From IMG/VR virus record IMGVR_UViG_3300006133_000325: 64,000 nucleotides of DNA. One strand, given 5' to 3'. The first letter of the stretch is position 1, and each line of letters opens with the position of its first letter. Both the position numbers and the translations under genes were made by a program. The stretch is from a virus. Taxonomy: Duplodnaviria; Caudoviricetes. The notes beneath the pieces are model-generated. The model was not told the origin of the DNA, ran no database searches, and saw nothing but the letters and a program-made list of their open reading frames with translations. Of this stretch, positions 9,449 through 19,061 are shown one piece after another.

Positions 9449-9883
9449 TTAATATAAGTAGAAATTTTCTATATAATTTAAAGCAGTATTAATATTCTTG
9501 AAAATCTTATCACACATATCTCTCTGCCATGGATGAAGGACGTATCCTCCTTCATTAATTCCAATGATAGGAATCCTCTTCTCATAAGCAACTGCTACTT
9601 CCGCCATAGTTCCTAACGATTCTGGTTTATTAAAATTTACTATAAGTAGATCTGATTTTTTTACCATATGTAATTCAAACTCCATTACTTCTCTATCAGA
9701 ATCATACTCGTAGGGACGATTATAAGAATAATAATCTACTGGACTAATACATGTTACTTGATATTTACACTCGCAGTTTTCTAATCGCTTCTTTACTTTA
9801 TTTCTCCATTTTGTTTGGCTTTCCTCTTCCAATCCGACCATGCCGCCAGAAAGATAAATAGTATAGTTACTAATAATTCTCAT
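9449..9883 (-). CDS. Nucleoside 2-deoxyribosyltransferase-like protein
   Basis: IYLSGGM, SDLLIVN, SLGTMAEVAVA motifs of the NDT/Rcl fold. Confidence 0.8.
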   Translation of the reverse strand: MRIISNYTIYLSGGMVGLEEESQTKWRNKVKKRLENCECKYQVTCISPVDYYSYNRPYEYDSDREVMEFELHMVKKSDLLIVNFNKPESLGTMAEVAVAYEKRIPIIGINEGGYVLHPWQRDMCDKIFKNINTALNYIENFYLY

Positions 9884-9899
9884 CCTCCTTATTTTTGTT

Positions 9900-10481
9900 T
9901 TAGGGCTCCATGATATATAAGTTATATAAACTTAAAATCATTTCCGCTAACTTCTCTACTGATATAAAGTCTGAATCGCTATGTATGGAACAATCAATAA
10001 ACTCTTCAATATCAGCAAAATCCCTCTTATCGGCTTTCATACGTCTTTTTATTTCTTCATATTCATCACCTCTTTCTTTTAAACGGATACGTATAACATC
10101 ATTTGATGACTTTATCTGACAAATGAATATTTTTTTTGCTACTAATTCTTTCTCTTTTAAATACAATGCTTTGATTTGTTTTATTCCTTCTGGATTTGAG
10201 ACCAGGACACGATTTACTTGATTAAATAATTCATTTATAGGAGTACCATAATACCATATCATTCCATTTTTAATAGAATGGCATGTTGTTTCTGCAAAGA
10301 ACCCTTTTTTTTGCAGCGCAATGAATTTTTCCTGTGTTACAAAGTGATAATCTATTCCATTTATTTCTCCTTTTCTTGCAGGTCTTGTAGTATATGTAAT
10401 CACTCTTTCCAGTCCAAGTTTTTGGAGGGCTTTGGCAACAGTTGTCTTGCCTGTTGCCGTTTTTCCGCATAAAATTAACAT
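9900..10481 (-). CDS. gmk: Guanylate kinase
   Basis: GKTATGKTT, TYTTRPARKGEINGIDYHFV, WYYGT. Confidence 0.9.
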   Translation of the reverse strand: MLILCGKTATGKTTVAKALQKLGLERVITYTTRPARKGEINGIDYHFVTQEKFIALQKKGFFAETTCHSIKNGMIWYYGTPINELFNQVNRVLVSNPEGIKQIKALYLKEKELVAKKIFICQIKSSNDVIRIRLKERGDEYEEIKRRMKADKRDFADIEEFIDCSIHSDSDFISVEKLAEMILSLYNLYIMEP

Positions 10482-11158
10482 AATTGCTCCTTTTTAGGTT
10501 TTCTCCCACAGGATTTCTTTTCCGGGCAAAATCCAAACCATTCACACTTTGGCATAAAACAGTGTTCTACTAAATAAAGCCATTCAGGGGAATAATTTTT
10601 CAGAGCTTCACCTACATCATAAAATAATTTTCTATATTCCCAATACGCCCTTGAACACATACGTTGCTTAGACATATCTGCTAAATTTCTAAAATTATGC
10701 TTGCAAGCAATTCTTGTTGTCATGCCAAGAGGAAGTGCCAAAGCAAAGTCTTCTCTTGGAATATTTAATGCTTCCAGTTCTTTTAATGACTGGTTGATAC
10801 TTTGCATCAAGTTTTTATAGATCTGTGCTGCAGCCTCGTTCTGACGAACAGAGTGCGGAATAATATAATCAAATCCCTTTTGATAGTTGATATATCTTGT
10901 CGAAGCCTGTAATCTTGTAGGAGAGCCGCCAATATGGGTATACCATTCCCGAATCACGCGGGCAGAATACCCATCTAATATCATGTATACATCTGGAAAT
11001 TCCCATGTTCTGCCATGGTTTGTTTCAATACAATCTAGCCCTCTTTTATAATTTCTTTCTTCACTATTTGTATCTGCCCCATAACATTCTCCGGCTTCCC
11101 TACCGATCAATGTGATAGGCTTTTTTGTTGTTTCTTCTTGGATGATTACTTTTCCCAT
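10475..11158 (-). CDS. thyX: FAD-dependent thymidylate synthase
   Basis: HGRTWEF, RLQASTRY, REDFALALPLG, QRMCSRAYWEYR. Confidence 0.88.
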   Translation of the reverse strand: MGKVIIQEETTKKPITLIGREAGECYGADTNSEERNYKRGLDCIETNHGRTWEFPDVYMILDGYSARVIREWYTHIGGSPTRLQASTRYINYQKGFDYIIPHSVRQNEAAAQIYKNLMQSINQSLKELEALNIPREDFALALPLGMTTRIACKHNFRNLADMSKQRMCSRAYWEYRKLFYDVGEALKNYSPEWLYLVEHCFMPKCEWFGFCPEKKSCGRKPKKEQLC

Positions 11159-11169
11159 ATTATGTTCCT

Positions 11170-11904
11170 TTACTTATAAAAATTATGCCCGACACCATCT
11201 TTAAATAAAAATTTTGCTCCATTGAATGTCTTTGTGGTCTGATTACTATGAAAATACAAAGCGCCTTCTGTTGTATCTCCAAATATGGACACATATTCTA
11301 ATGCTAAAATGCTATCTTCTTCAATAGATTTTCTACCATATGCAAATTGATTTGGAGATGTAATGATATCCGTTATTGTTTCTCCAAATCTTCCATCTTC
11401 CAACCGGTTTAAAATAACAGAAGCGATATTACATTTGCTATCAAAGTCTGCCCCAAAACATTCCGTTTCGATACATCGTTGCATTAGATAGACTTCCCCT
11501 TCTGTAAACTTGTCGTAAACCGTTTCTGGTGGATCTAGATGTTCTTCATATTCTTGATATAGTTCTTTATACGCAAGAAAACGTTCTTTGTTATTTTCGA
11601 TAGATTTAATCTTTTCCAATCTAGCCTTTAATCGCTTTTTTATTAACTTTTTTGTATCTTTACTTTTTGCTTTATGCTCTGTTTCTGCTATCTTTGTCTG
11701 TTTTTCGGACTTAATATTTTTCACTTTACCGGACTGTTTTGACTCAATTTCATGAGCCAAAACAATTTCAGTATTTTTCTGTTTCATATCGTTTTTGGCT
11801 CTATTATGTTCTTTTCCTATCATTATGTAAAAAGAACCTATAAACAACAAAACCATTATTAAGATATTCCTCATTTTATAAACTCCCTTAATCACAAGAT
11901 TCAA
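11170..11904 (-). CDS. Cell wall hydrolase, SleB/Hydrolase_2 family, with N-terminal membrane anchor
   Basis: Hydrophobic N-terminus; CIETE, ASVILNR, IITSPNQF, GALYF, GHNFYK. Confidence 0.85.
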   Translation of the reverse strand: MNLVIKGVYKMRNILIMVLLFIGSFYIMIGKEHNRAKNDMKQKNTEIVLAHEIESKQSGKVKNIKSEKQTKIAETEHKAKSKDTKKLIKKRLKARLEKIKSIENNKERFLAYKELYQEYEEHLDPPETVYDKFTEGEVYLMQRCIETECFGADFDSKCNIASVILNRLEDGRFGETITDIITSPNQFAYGRKSIEEDSILALEYVSIFGDTTEGALYFHSNQTTKTFNGAKFLFKDGVGHNFYK

Positions 11905-12094
11905 ACCGTTCCCAAGTCACCATATATTCGCCATTAACTACCCTAAAATTTGGTTTATAAAAACCATATGCGTTTGGCGGAAATAAAGAATTATTCGCGA
12001 TGTTTCTTACATAATCATTAGTCTCTTCTTTTGTTGCGCGTAATAGCATCATATAATCCTCTTTTGAAATAATCCTACTTTCTTCTATATACAT
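11888..12094 (-). CDS. Hypothetical protein
   Basis: ORF with GGAG RBS in the operon. Confidence 0.6.
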   Translation of the reverse strand: MYIEESRIISKEDYMMLLRATKEETNDYVRNIANNSLFPPNAYGFYKPNFRVVNGEYMVTWERFESCD

Positions 12095-12105
12095 ACTTCT
12101 CTCCT

Positions 12106-12345
12106 TTATTGAAATTCAGCCATCAAATTGCCAAACCTTTTAATTTCCTCTACATCGTCAGAATGAAACTCTACAATCACTGGGATAGATAAATCTAAAC
12201 TAAAAAGACCCATAATAGATTTTGCATTTACAACATATTTACCTCTCACCAAATCTACATCGCCCTCCAGTTTCATCATTTCTGATACGAATTTCTGTGC
12301 CTTTCCTACCTCATTTAGATTGACTACTATACTTGTCTTCTTCAT
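12106..12345 (-). CDS. HPr-like protein (Ser46 motif kept, His15 absent)
   Basis: VNAKSIMGLFSL matches the HPr Ser46 signature; no His in the N-terminal region. Confidence 0.85.
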   Translation of the reverse strand: MKKTSIVVNLNEVGKAQKFVSEMMKLEGDVDLVRGKYVVNAKSIMGLFSLDLSIPVIVEFHSDDVEEIKRFGNLMAEFQ

Positions 12346-12684
12346 ATTTCTTACTCCTTTTCTATTTTTGTTTTTATTTTAACTATCAGACATACATCCA
12401 ATAGTGTTTCACATTGTTCTTATTGTTTTCTACATTTCAATACGCAATAGGTTTGTGTTCCATTTGGATATTTTTTACGCTTAATAGCTTCAATTATCAT
12501 TTCATTTCCATTTTCATCTTCCACCACGACAAATGTTTCATCCAAAAACAAACGTTTTATCTCGCGTATCAAATGATGTGTATTTACTATCACTTGCTAT
12601 TTCACTACCTCCAAATTATATTGTTGTTTTTTTCACTGGGATTTTTCAGATTTCTACATTTACTTAGAAGGATCAAGATATCAT

Positions 12685-13490
12685 ATTAGTAAAATCAACT
12701 ACACTTATGATCGGAATATTTAGTTCTCTTGCTTTCTTATTTTTTCTACTGTTGTTCCATCAATTTCTACAAGCTCAAAATTTGCTACTGGAGTAATCTC
12801 ACCTGTTTTTCCTATAGATCATTCACTATCTTTTAAAACAGTTGTTTCTTCTTCATAAAACTTAAATGCTATACTATGTTTCGGGTGGTGTTCTGTCACA
12901 CCTAATAATTTCCCATAACGAATATCATTATAAGTCATTACTAATCCATCAATTGGATATTGTTTTTTCTTTGCATATTCTTTCAGTGTTTCTATGCTTT
13001 CTTCTATATCAGAAGAATTATCTACTCTAAGAAACGGAACAATGTTAAACCCTATTGATAACGGAATATTCTCAAAAACTTTGGCGTTATGTGTTACAAC
13101 TTCTCCAATCTCTCCATTTCCTCTCATTTCTGCTAATACCAGTTTTCCTCCTTCATACACCATTAGAATTGCTAGTCCATCCATTTTACACATAAGTAAT
13201 CCCTCTTTGTTTTTTATGAATTCCTTTAATTTTGAAGAGGATTTCGTTTTATTTAAAGAAAGCATAGGATAACTATGTGTTACTTTCTCTAATTTTGACT
13301 TTACTTCGTACCCTACTGTATGTGTAGGAGAATCCGACATGATAATATTGGTTTCTTCCTCTAACTGTTTTAATTCATCAAATAAATTATCGTACTCATA
13401 ATCTGATACTTTCGATACTTACTTGTTATAATAAGAATCCCTATATTCATTTAATTTTTTGTTAATTCTATAATTTTTTTACATTTTCCA
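12685..13490 (-). pseudogene. ligA: NAD-dependent DNA ligase remnant
   Basis: YRDSYYN*...SDYEYDNLFDELK, SPTHTVG, PMLSLNK, KMDG, RGNGEIGE, IDGLV, IAFKF, E*SIGKTGEITPVA and a BRCT tail KARELNIPII; multiple stops and large deletions. Confidence 0.9.
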
Positions 13491-13503
13491 ATCGCATTCC
13501 CCC

Positions 13504-13776
13504 TTATAGTCTCATTACAAATTCTTTAAATTCCTCTAATTCGCTTGGCTCAATTAAAATATCAAAATAACAATATTCTTTATTTCTCAACACACTCCAA
13601 AGACGTTTCCATTTTTCCTTTATCATAGTATGTATATTCTTTTGATTAGTATAAAAATTATCACTTACTAGTTGTAAGGATACTCCCCAATCCTTGTCAT
13701 CATCAGCCTTTATAATTATTCCATTTCCACAACCGCATTTACAGAACATTGTTTTATATGATTTTTTTGTTTGCAT
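13504..13776 (-). CDS. Hypothetical protein (CxCGC motif)
   Basis: ORF with RBS. Confidence 0.6.
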   Translation of the reverse strand: MQTKKSYKTMFCKCGCGNGIIIKADDDKDWGVSLQLVSDNFYTNQKNIHTMIKEKWKRLWSVLRNKEYCYFDILIEPSELEEFKEFVMRL

Positions 13777-13777
13777 T

Positions 13778-13999
13778 TTATCCTCTCTTACTTCTTAAAA
13801 ATACTTTTTCTTGTTTTAATTTCCACTCACTTGGAATATCACTTACAATTCCACACTCATCACTATTTTTCCTTAATGGGCAACGTTCGCAAGTATCATA
13901 TTCAGAACATACTTCTTGCAAAGCTTTTATCGCTTTAATGATTTTTTCTACTTTCACAACCATTCCCTCCATTTTTATCTCAGTAGCTGCTAAGCTCAC
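13778..13999 (-). CDS. Hypothetical Cys-rich phage protein
   Basis: CSEYDTCERCPL...CG; likely start at the internal MVVK after GGAGG. Confidence 0.6.
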   Translation of the reverse strand: MSLAATEIKMEGMVVKVEKIIKAIKALQEVCSEYDTCERCPLRKNSDECGIVSDIPSEWKLKQEKVFLRSKRG

Positions 14000-14115
14000 T
14001 TATTCAAAGTTATATAAAATACATGCAAGACATACTTTTGTATATGTCCTTCCTTCTACTAGAATATCACTTTTGCCATAACTAACATCTTTTATAACAA
14101 CAAGAGACCTTATTT

Positions 14116-14327
14116 ATGATTAATTCAAATACATATAACTATATTGATGTTCTGAATAATTCTGCTAAGCCAAATCATATGATGTATAAGTCCTTTAAAA
14201 CAATATTGCTAATGTCGATACTCCAAGTTATAAGCAGAAGGACGTCCAGTTTAAAGAGTATCTGATGGACACAATGACGAGAGATGCTTTATTGGAATAT
14301 TATGTAAGCTTCATCTATTTTAACTAA
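14116..14327 (+). pseudogene. flgB: Fragment of host flagellar basal-body rod gene flgB
   Basis: MINSNTYNYIDVLNNSA... then, after a frameshift, NNIANVDTPSYKQKDVQFKEYL (FlgB N-terminal NIAN-DTP-YK signature). Confidence 0.75.
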
Positions 14328-14726
14328 AATAAATCATTACTATAAAATTGATTTTATTCATTTTATCTATATTTACAAGTGGACATGTTGCTATTTTGAC
14401 AGAATATTTATAATTTATTTTCTCATATTTTTTATTTTAAAAATATTCTTGCCCTTACACTCTCTTAAAAAAAATACAATATAGTTTCTTATATTTCCCT
14501 TTTATTATTTTATTTTTCCAAAAAAACAGCAAAGAATTATTATTTATTTTTTTCAAAAATGAGTTGCATTTTTCAGGAAATATATGATAATTATATTAAG
14601 GAAATAGTTATGCCATATCAAAATCTCTATATGCTATATAGCTAATATCTATTATTTAATTTTGCAAAATTATAAAAATATTTTGACAGTTACTTTATAA
14701 ATATAGCTCATAACAAGTATAAGGAG

Positions 14727-15554
14727 TTGATATCTATGAATAAAAAGCTACAAGTCTTTATTTCGTCCACATTTACAGATCTTATTGAAGAACGACAGGC
14801 TGCTGTTGAAACAGTTCTTGATGCAGGTCATATCCCTGCTGGTATGGAACTTTTTAAAGCTGGTAAGTCACAGATAAAAACTATTCACAAGTGGATAGAT
14901 GAATCTGATGTATATATACTTATTCTCGGTGGTCGCTATGGATCTATCGAAAAGGAATCTGGTTTAAGTTATACGGAGCTTGAATATAAATACGCGCTTT
15001 CAAAAAACATGCCTGTTTTTGCTATTATTCTAGAAGATAACTTCTTATTTACAAAAGCTGCTTCTAAAGTGGAAGATGTTATTTTTGAAAAAGACAATAT
15101 TGCTAAATATGAAAAATTTAAGGAATTTGTCAAAACAAATGTAGTTCGTTTTGTCGATAACAGTGATAAAATAGCTTCTGTTATACATTCCCATTTAAAT
15201 CATATATTAACAGATAGTGATTATCATCTTAATGGTTGGATAAGAAACACTACTAAACAAAATGAAAAAATAGATTTTAAAACATTGTCAACTGTTTTTA
15301 GTAAAATTACTATTTTGGAACAAAACGATATTAAGAAAAATGCAAATGTTTTCTTTTTAGATAATATCCCTTATTTTAATATCGGTGTTAGTGAATCATT
15401 TCAAGCATATACTTATTTTCACTATTCAAAAATATATTTATTATATGGGCTTTTAGAAAAAGTTAAAAATGAAAATAATAAAGATATGTTGCAACTTTCA
15501 AAATTAGGCTCAGAATATTGTGCTTATTTAGTTACTAATGTTCTTTTCACATAA
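14727..15554 (+). CDS. DUF4062-domain protein (TIR/NDT-like nucleotide-processing fold), moron-like
   Basis: KLQVFISSTFTDLIEERQA...PAGME...SDVYILILGGRYGS...SYTELEYKYA; opposite strand, very AT-rich upstream region. Confidence 0.88.
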   Translation: MISMNKKLQVFISSTFTDLIEERQAAVETVLDAGHIPAGMELFKAGKSQIKTIHKWIDESDVYILILGGRYGSIEKESGLSYTELEYKYALSKNMPVFAIILEDNFLFTKAASKVEDVIFEKDNIAKYEKFKEFVKTNVVRFVDNSDKIASVIHSHLNHILTDSDYHLNGWIRNTTKQNEKIDFKTLSTVFSKITILEQNDIKKNANVFFLDNIPYFNIGVSESFQAYTYFHYSKIYLLYGLLEKVKNENNKDMLQLSKLGSEYCAYLVTNVLFT

Positions 15555-15568
15555 GTCCTCTTTTACCG

Positions 15569-15613
15569 CCACTACATACAATACCCCATTAAACATAATA
15601 TTGTATGTAGTGG
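15569..15613. terminator. Hairpin between convergent genes
   Basis: CCACTACATACAATA...TATTGTATGTAGTGG perfect 15-bp stem. Confidence 0.75.
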
Positions 15614-15638
15614 TATTTTATCACCCTCCTAAATCTTG

Positions 15639-16091
15639 TTATCCTTCCTTTAACTTACATACCAAAATTTCAATATCCATATTATCAAATATAGACATAA
15701 TCTGCTTTCTTACATCCTCCCACTCTAGTTTGTCAAGTCCTGCCCCAATTGTTGGCATAGCAATTTTAGTAATGTGATTTTGAATACAAATTTTCTTCAT
15801 TTTTACTAACGCTGCTTCCATATTTGCCTTTGTTGGTTTTTGAAAATATCTCTCTTTCGTAATAAGGTTTAGTACACGTCCTTCTAAAATACAGTCTCCA
15901 TGATATCTTTTGCTATGCCATTCATTTACATAGTTTGGATATTTAGTTTGCATCTTATTTTTCATATCAAATCTTTTATTGAATTCTACTACTATCCCTC
16001 TACCCATACCAAAATCTGCACTAATACAATGAGCAAAATAATAACTATCTGAAACAGAAAATAAGTCTTTGACTTCTTCTTTATATATCAA
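15639..16091 (-). CDS. Macrodomain protein (TARG1/DarG-like ADP-ribosylhydrolase)
   Basis: AHCISADFGMGRGIVVEF, NLITKERY, IAMPTIGAGLDKLEW. Confidence 0.9.
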   Translation of the reverse strand: MIYKEEVKDLFSVSDSYYFAHCISADFGMGRGIVVEFNKRFDMKNKMQTKYPNYVNEWHSKRYHGDCILEGRVLNLITKERYFQKPTKANMEAALVKMKKICIQNHITKIAMPTIGAGLDKLEWEDVRKQIMSIFDNMDIEILVCKLKEG

Positions 16092-16163
16092 AAATCATCG
16101 CCACCAATCTCATATCTTATTTTAATTCCACCAAATATCGTATTGTACTCTGTTCCTTCTTTA

Positions 16164-16490
16164 TCAATCATATTCTACATTTAAACGATACGCCTGTGTA
16201 ACATCTACAACATCATCCATACTGCAGCCGCTCTTTGCCATAAAATAAATCAACTCTTCCCTAGTTGGTTCATGATCAAAAATCTCTTCCGCCACAAATT
16301 CAAGTCTATTCCCATCTCTCACACCTCGTCTCCTTAAATCCTTTTGGCATGTAGCAATCCAAATATCTTCCAGACACACTCCATCTGACATCATTGTTAC
16401 CCTATCAATGCAGGGAATATATGAATTCTCATAATCCAATTTACTATCATCCACACAAAGAGTTTCCCCTGATTTTAATATAATTTTCAT
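16164..16490 (-). CDS. Hypothetical protein
   Basis: ORF with AAGGAG RBS. Confidence 0.6.
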   Translation of the reverse strand: MKIILKSGETLCVDDSKLDYENSYIPCIDRVTMMSDGVCLEDIWIATCQKDLRRRGVRDGNRLEFVAEEIFDHEPTREELIYFMAKSGCSMDDVVDVTQAYRLNVEYD

Positions 16491-16521
16491 TATGGTAATC
16501 TCCTTTATATTTTTTCTTGAT

Positions 16522-17055
16522 TTATTTTATCAAATATCTTAAATAGTACTGGAACGTTGCCAATATAAATATCGGGCTTAATTCTTTTTGTGGCATAAAG
16601 ACCATCTCTAATCCATATTTAGCATTAAAGCTATGTAGCGATCCTAAAAAACTTTTAGAGTTATACTTTGTATTATAATTTCCCTCTATCAAGTCTTTGT
16701 AAGTAGCATTTTCTATCAAAAGATATTTTCTTTTCGCATAGCAACGGCTCCATTCATCATTAAAACGTTCTCTTGTTTGAGCAAGGCATCCTGATAGTTC
16801 TTCTAAAGAATTCTTTCTCTCTAGGATAATGTCATTATAGAAAAACTGTTTGAATGGTAAATCTAATTCTGGTATTGCTTCCAAGCAGAAGCTATAATCT
16901 CCCGCTGGAAGTCCCATTACTTCATACTGAATTTTGTGTTTATCCCAGTATTCTAGTAAATGCAAATTTGCTTTTTCGCGACTATCGACTAAGATAATCA
17001 TCTTTTTCAAAATCTTTTGAATCTCTGCGTCTGTATATTTTCTTCTATTTAACAT
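16522..17055 (-). CDS. ERCC4-domain nuclease
   Basis: ILVDSRE, GDYSF, ILERKNSLEEL. Confidence 0.9.
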   Translation of the reverse strand: MLNRRKYTDAEIQKILKKMIILVDSREKANLHLLEYWDKHKIQYEVMGLPAGDYSFCLEAIPELDLPFKQFFYNDIILERKNSLEELSGCLAQTRERFNDEWSRCYAKRKYLLIENATYKDLIEGNYNTKYNSKSFLGSLHSFNAKYGLEMVFMPQKELSPIFILATFQYYLRYLIK

Positions 17056-19061
17056 ATCTTATATTCACTCACCCACCACTCCTTTTCGTCCGTTTCTATA
17101 AATTTAGTTCCCACTTTCTTCATTTTCGGTTTTCTATATTGCTGCTCAACCTTAATGATATCTCCACGTTTAATAGGATTTTGTGCAAATATTTTCTTGC
17201 TTATCTTAATTGGTATCGTATTCCCATTTGCCAGAGCATATAAAGTTACACGCGGCGAATAGTCTACATTTAAATCTGTCGCCACACAATATCCAGCATA
17301 CTTCTTATCTATGATATCTATATACCCAAGTACATCCAATCTTCTTTGTACTATTTCTTTAAAAGAATCTTTTTTTGTTTCAATTTTTGAAACTATCTCT
17401 TTTAAAATAGCCTTGGAATCCATTTTCATAAACATTTTTACGGTTTCAGATTTGCAATGTTTTCTAATAATATCAAAGTCTATTTTATTTTGAAACATAG
17501 ATTCTTTCTTACACTGTTGGAGATACTTTTTATTTTTGTAAAATATCTTAAAATATTCTACGCTTTCTGTTAAAAATGACATGCTTCCAAAATCACTAAA
17601 GTAATTCATAGAAATAAGATCTCTTATTCTATTTTCTCCAATTCCATTATTTATCAGCTCTTCTAATAGTTCGATAAAATCTTCATAATGTTTTAATCCA
17701 ATCCTGTAAAGGGTGTCTGCCATATTTTGTGAAAATGACTTAATAGATGCCAAAGACGGGTTTATACATCTATGTTCCTTGTCGATTGAAAATTCTCTGT
17801 TATCTAAGCCAAATTTGTAATCTCCATTCTTTATCCCAAAAGCACGTTGCATTTCCTGTTTATAAGCAGTTACTTTATCTTTTTCCCCCTTTTCTGATAA
17901 ATGCTGCATCATTACAGCATAAAATTCATAAGGATAATTTGCTTTTAAATATGCACCATACACACTATCATAAGCATAGGAATAAGCATGAGAAGCATTA
18001 AACGCATATTTTGAAAAAGCTTCTACAATATCCCATGTTTTTTCAAATCCTTCTTCCTTCCCTGTGTGCGCTATCCATCCTGTCAACAGCTTTTCTTTAA
18101 GTTCTCTCAACTCTTTATCTTTAAATTTCTTTTTACTTATTTTTTTAATAATAGCATAGGTTTCTGTTTGCTCTATCCCAAGCCAGCCTAAATATGTCAT
18201 AACATTTTCTTGATACATAATATAATGAAAACTATCTTCTAATATATTATCCAATTCTTGGATGCCAGTAGAATATGGTTTTCGGTCTAAAAAATTCTGT
18301 AATTGTGTTTTAAATCCTGGTCTAAGAGCTGCTACCAATGCCGTCAATTCCTGCATATTTTGAGGCTTATATTTTATGCAGCATTGCCGTCCAAAATCAG
18401 ATTCACATTGATTTATTCCAAGCGTATAACCATTTTTATATACCTCCCATGTCTTATTATCTTTTTCTACTATTTTTGTTATTTGCGGAACTGTATAGGT
18501 CGAGATTCCAATACGTTCAAAGATTTTATTTATCGTAAGCCAAATATCAACTTTTAATAAATCATTTTTAACAAACTTATAGTTTTCAGCAACCATTCCG
18601 TCTATAACAGTTGTTATAACACTATTATTAACATCGCTTCCATCATCATTTCCAGACACGCAGCGAATAAGCCCTATTTCTCTTTTTATGTTTCCGCCAT
18701 AAATCAAGTAACCGCATGGTGCTTGTGATTTCGCGTTGATAATACCCTGATATTTTTTGCTTTCATCTAAATAGCCATGATACTTTTTATCAACGAAGCT
18801 ATAAATATCTATAGCTTCTTTTTCTTCTTTTGAATCTGCCTGTTTTAACGCTTTTTCATATAGGTTAATTTGAGAGGTTACTTCATTTGCAATATCAAAA
18901 TCTAGTCCTTGTGACTTTGCATATAACTTAAATGCAGATGATTTTTGCAATGGTTTATAGGAAATCATCGGATAGGCATGTCCACCATCCCCATATATCT
19001 CTGTCATTATCTCATCTTGTGCTTCTGCAAACACTTCTGGATTACCTAAGTTTAGATCCAA
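17049..19061 (-). CDS. dnaE: DNA polymerase III alpha subunit, exon 2
   Basis: LDLN completes the catalytic SLPD|LDLN; KNDLL, GINQCES, AALRPG, MYQE, FSKYAFNASHAYSY, YLKANYPYEFYA. Confidence 0.92.
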   Translation of the reverse strand: MDLNLGNPEVFAEAQDEIMTEIYGDGGHAYPMISYKPLQKSSAFKLYAKSQGLDFDIANEVTSQINLYEKALKQADSKEEKEAIDIYSFVDKKYHGYLDESKKYQGIINAKSQAPCGYLIYGGNIKREIGLIRCVSGNDDGSDVNNSVITTVIDGMVAENYKFVKNDLLKVDIWLTINKIFERIGISTYTVPQITKIVEKDNKTWEVYKNGYTLGINQCESDFGRQCCIKYKPQNMQELTALVAALRPGFKTQLQNFLDRKPYSTGIQELDNILEDSFHYIMYQENVMTYLGWLGIEQTETYAIIKKISKKKFKDKELRELKEKLLTGWIAHTGKEEGFEKTWDIVEAFSKYAFNASHAYSYAYDSVYGAYLKANYPYEFYAVMMQHLSEKGEKDKVTAYKQEMQRAFGIKNGDYKFGLDNREFSIDKEHRCINPSLASIKSFSQNMADTLYRIGLKHYEDFIELLEELINNGIGENRIRDLISMNYFSDFGSMSFLTESVEYFKIFYKNKKYLQQCKKESMFQNKIDFDIIRKHCKSETVKMFMKMDSKAILKEIVSKIETKKDSFKEIVQRRLDVLGYIDIIDKKYAGYCVATDLNVDYSPRVTLYALANGNTIPIKISKKIFAQNPIKRGDIIKVEQQYRKPKMKKVGTKFIETDEKEWWVSEYKIC

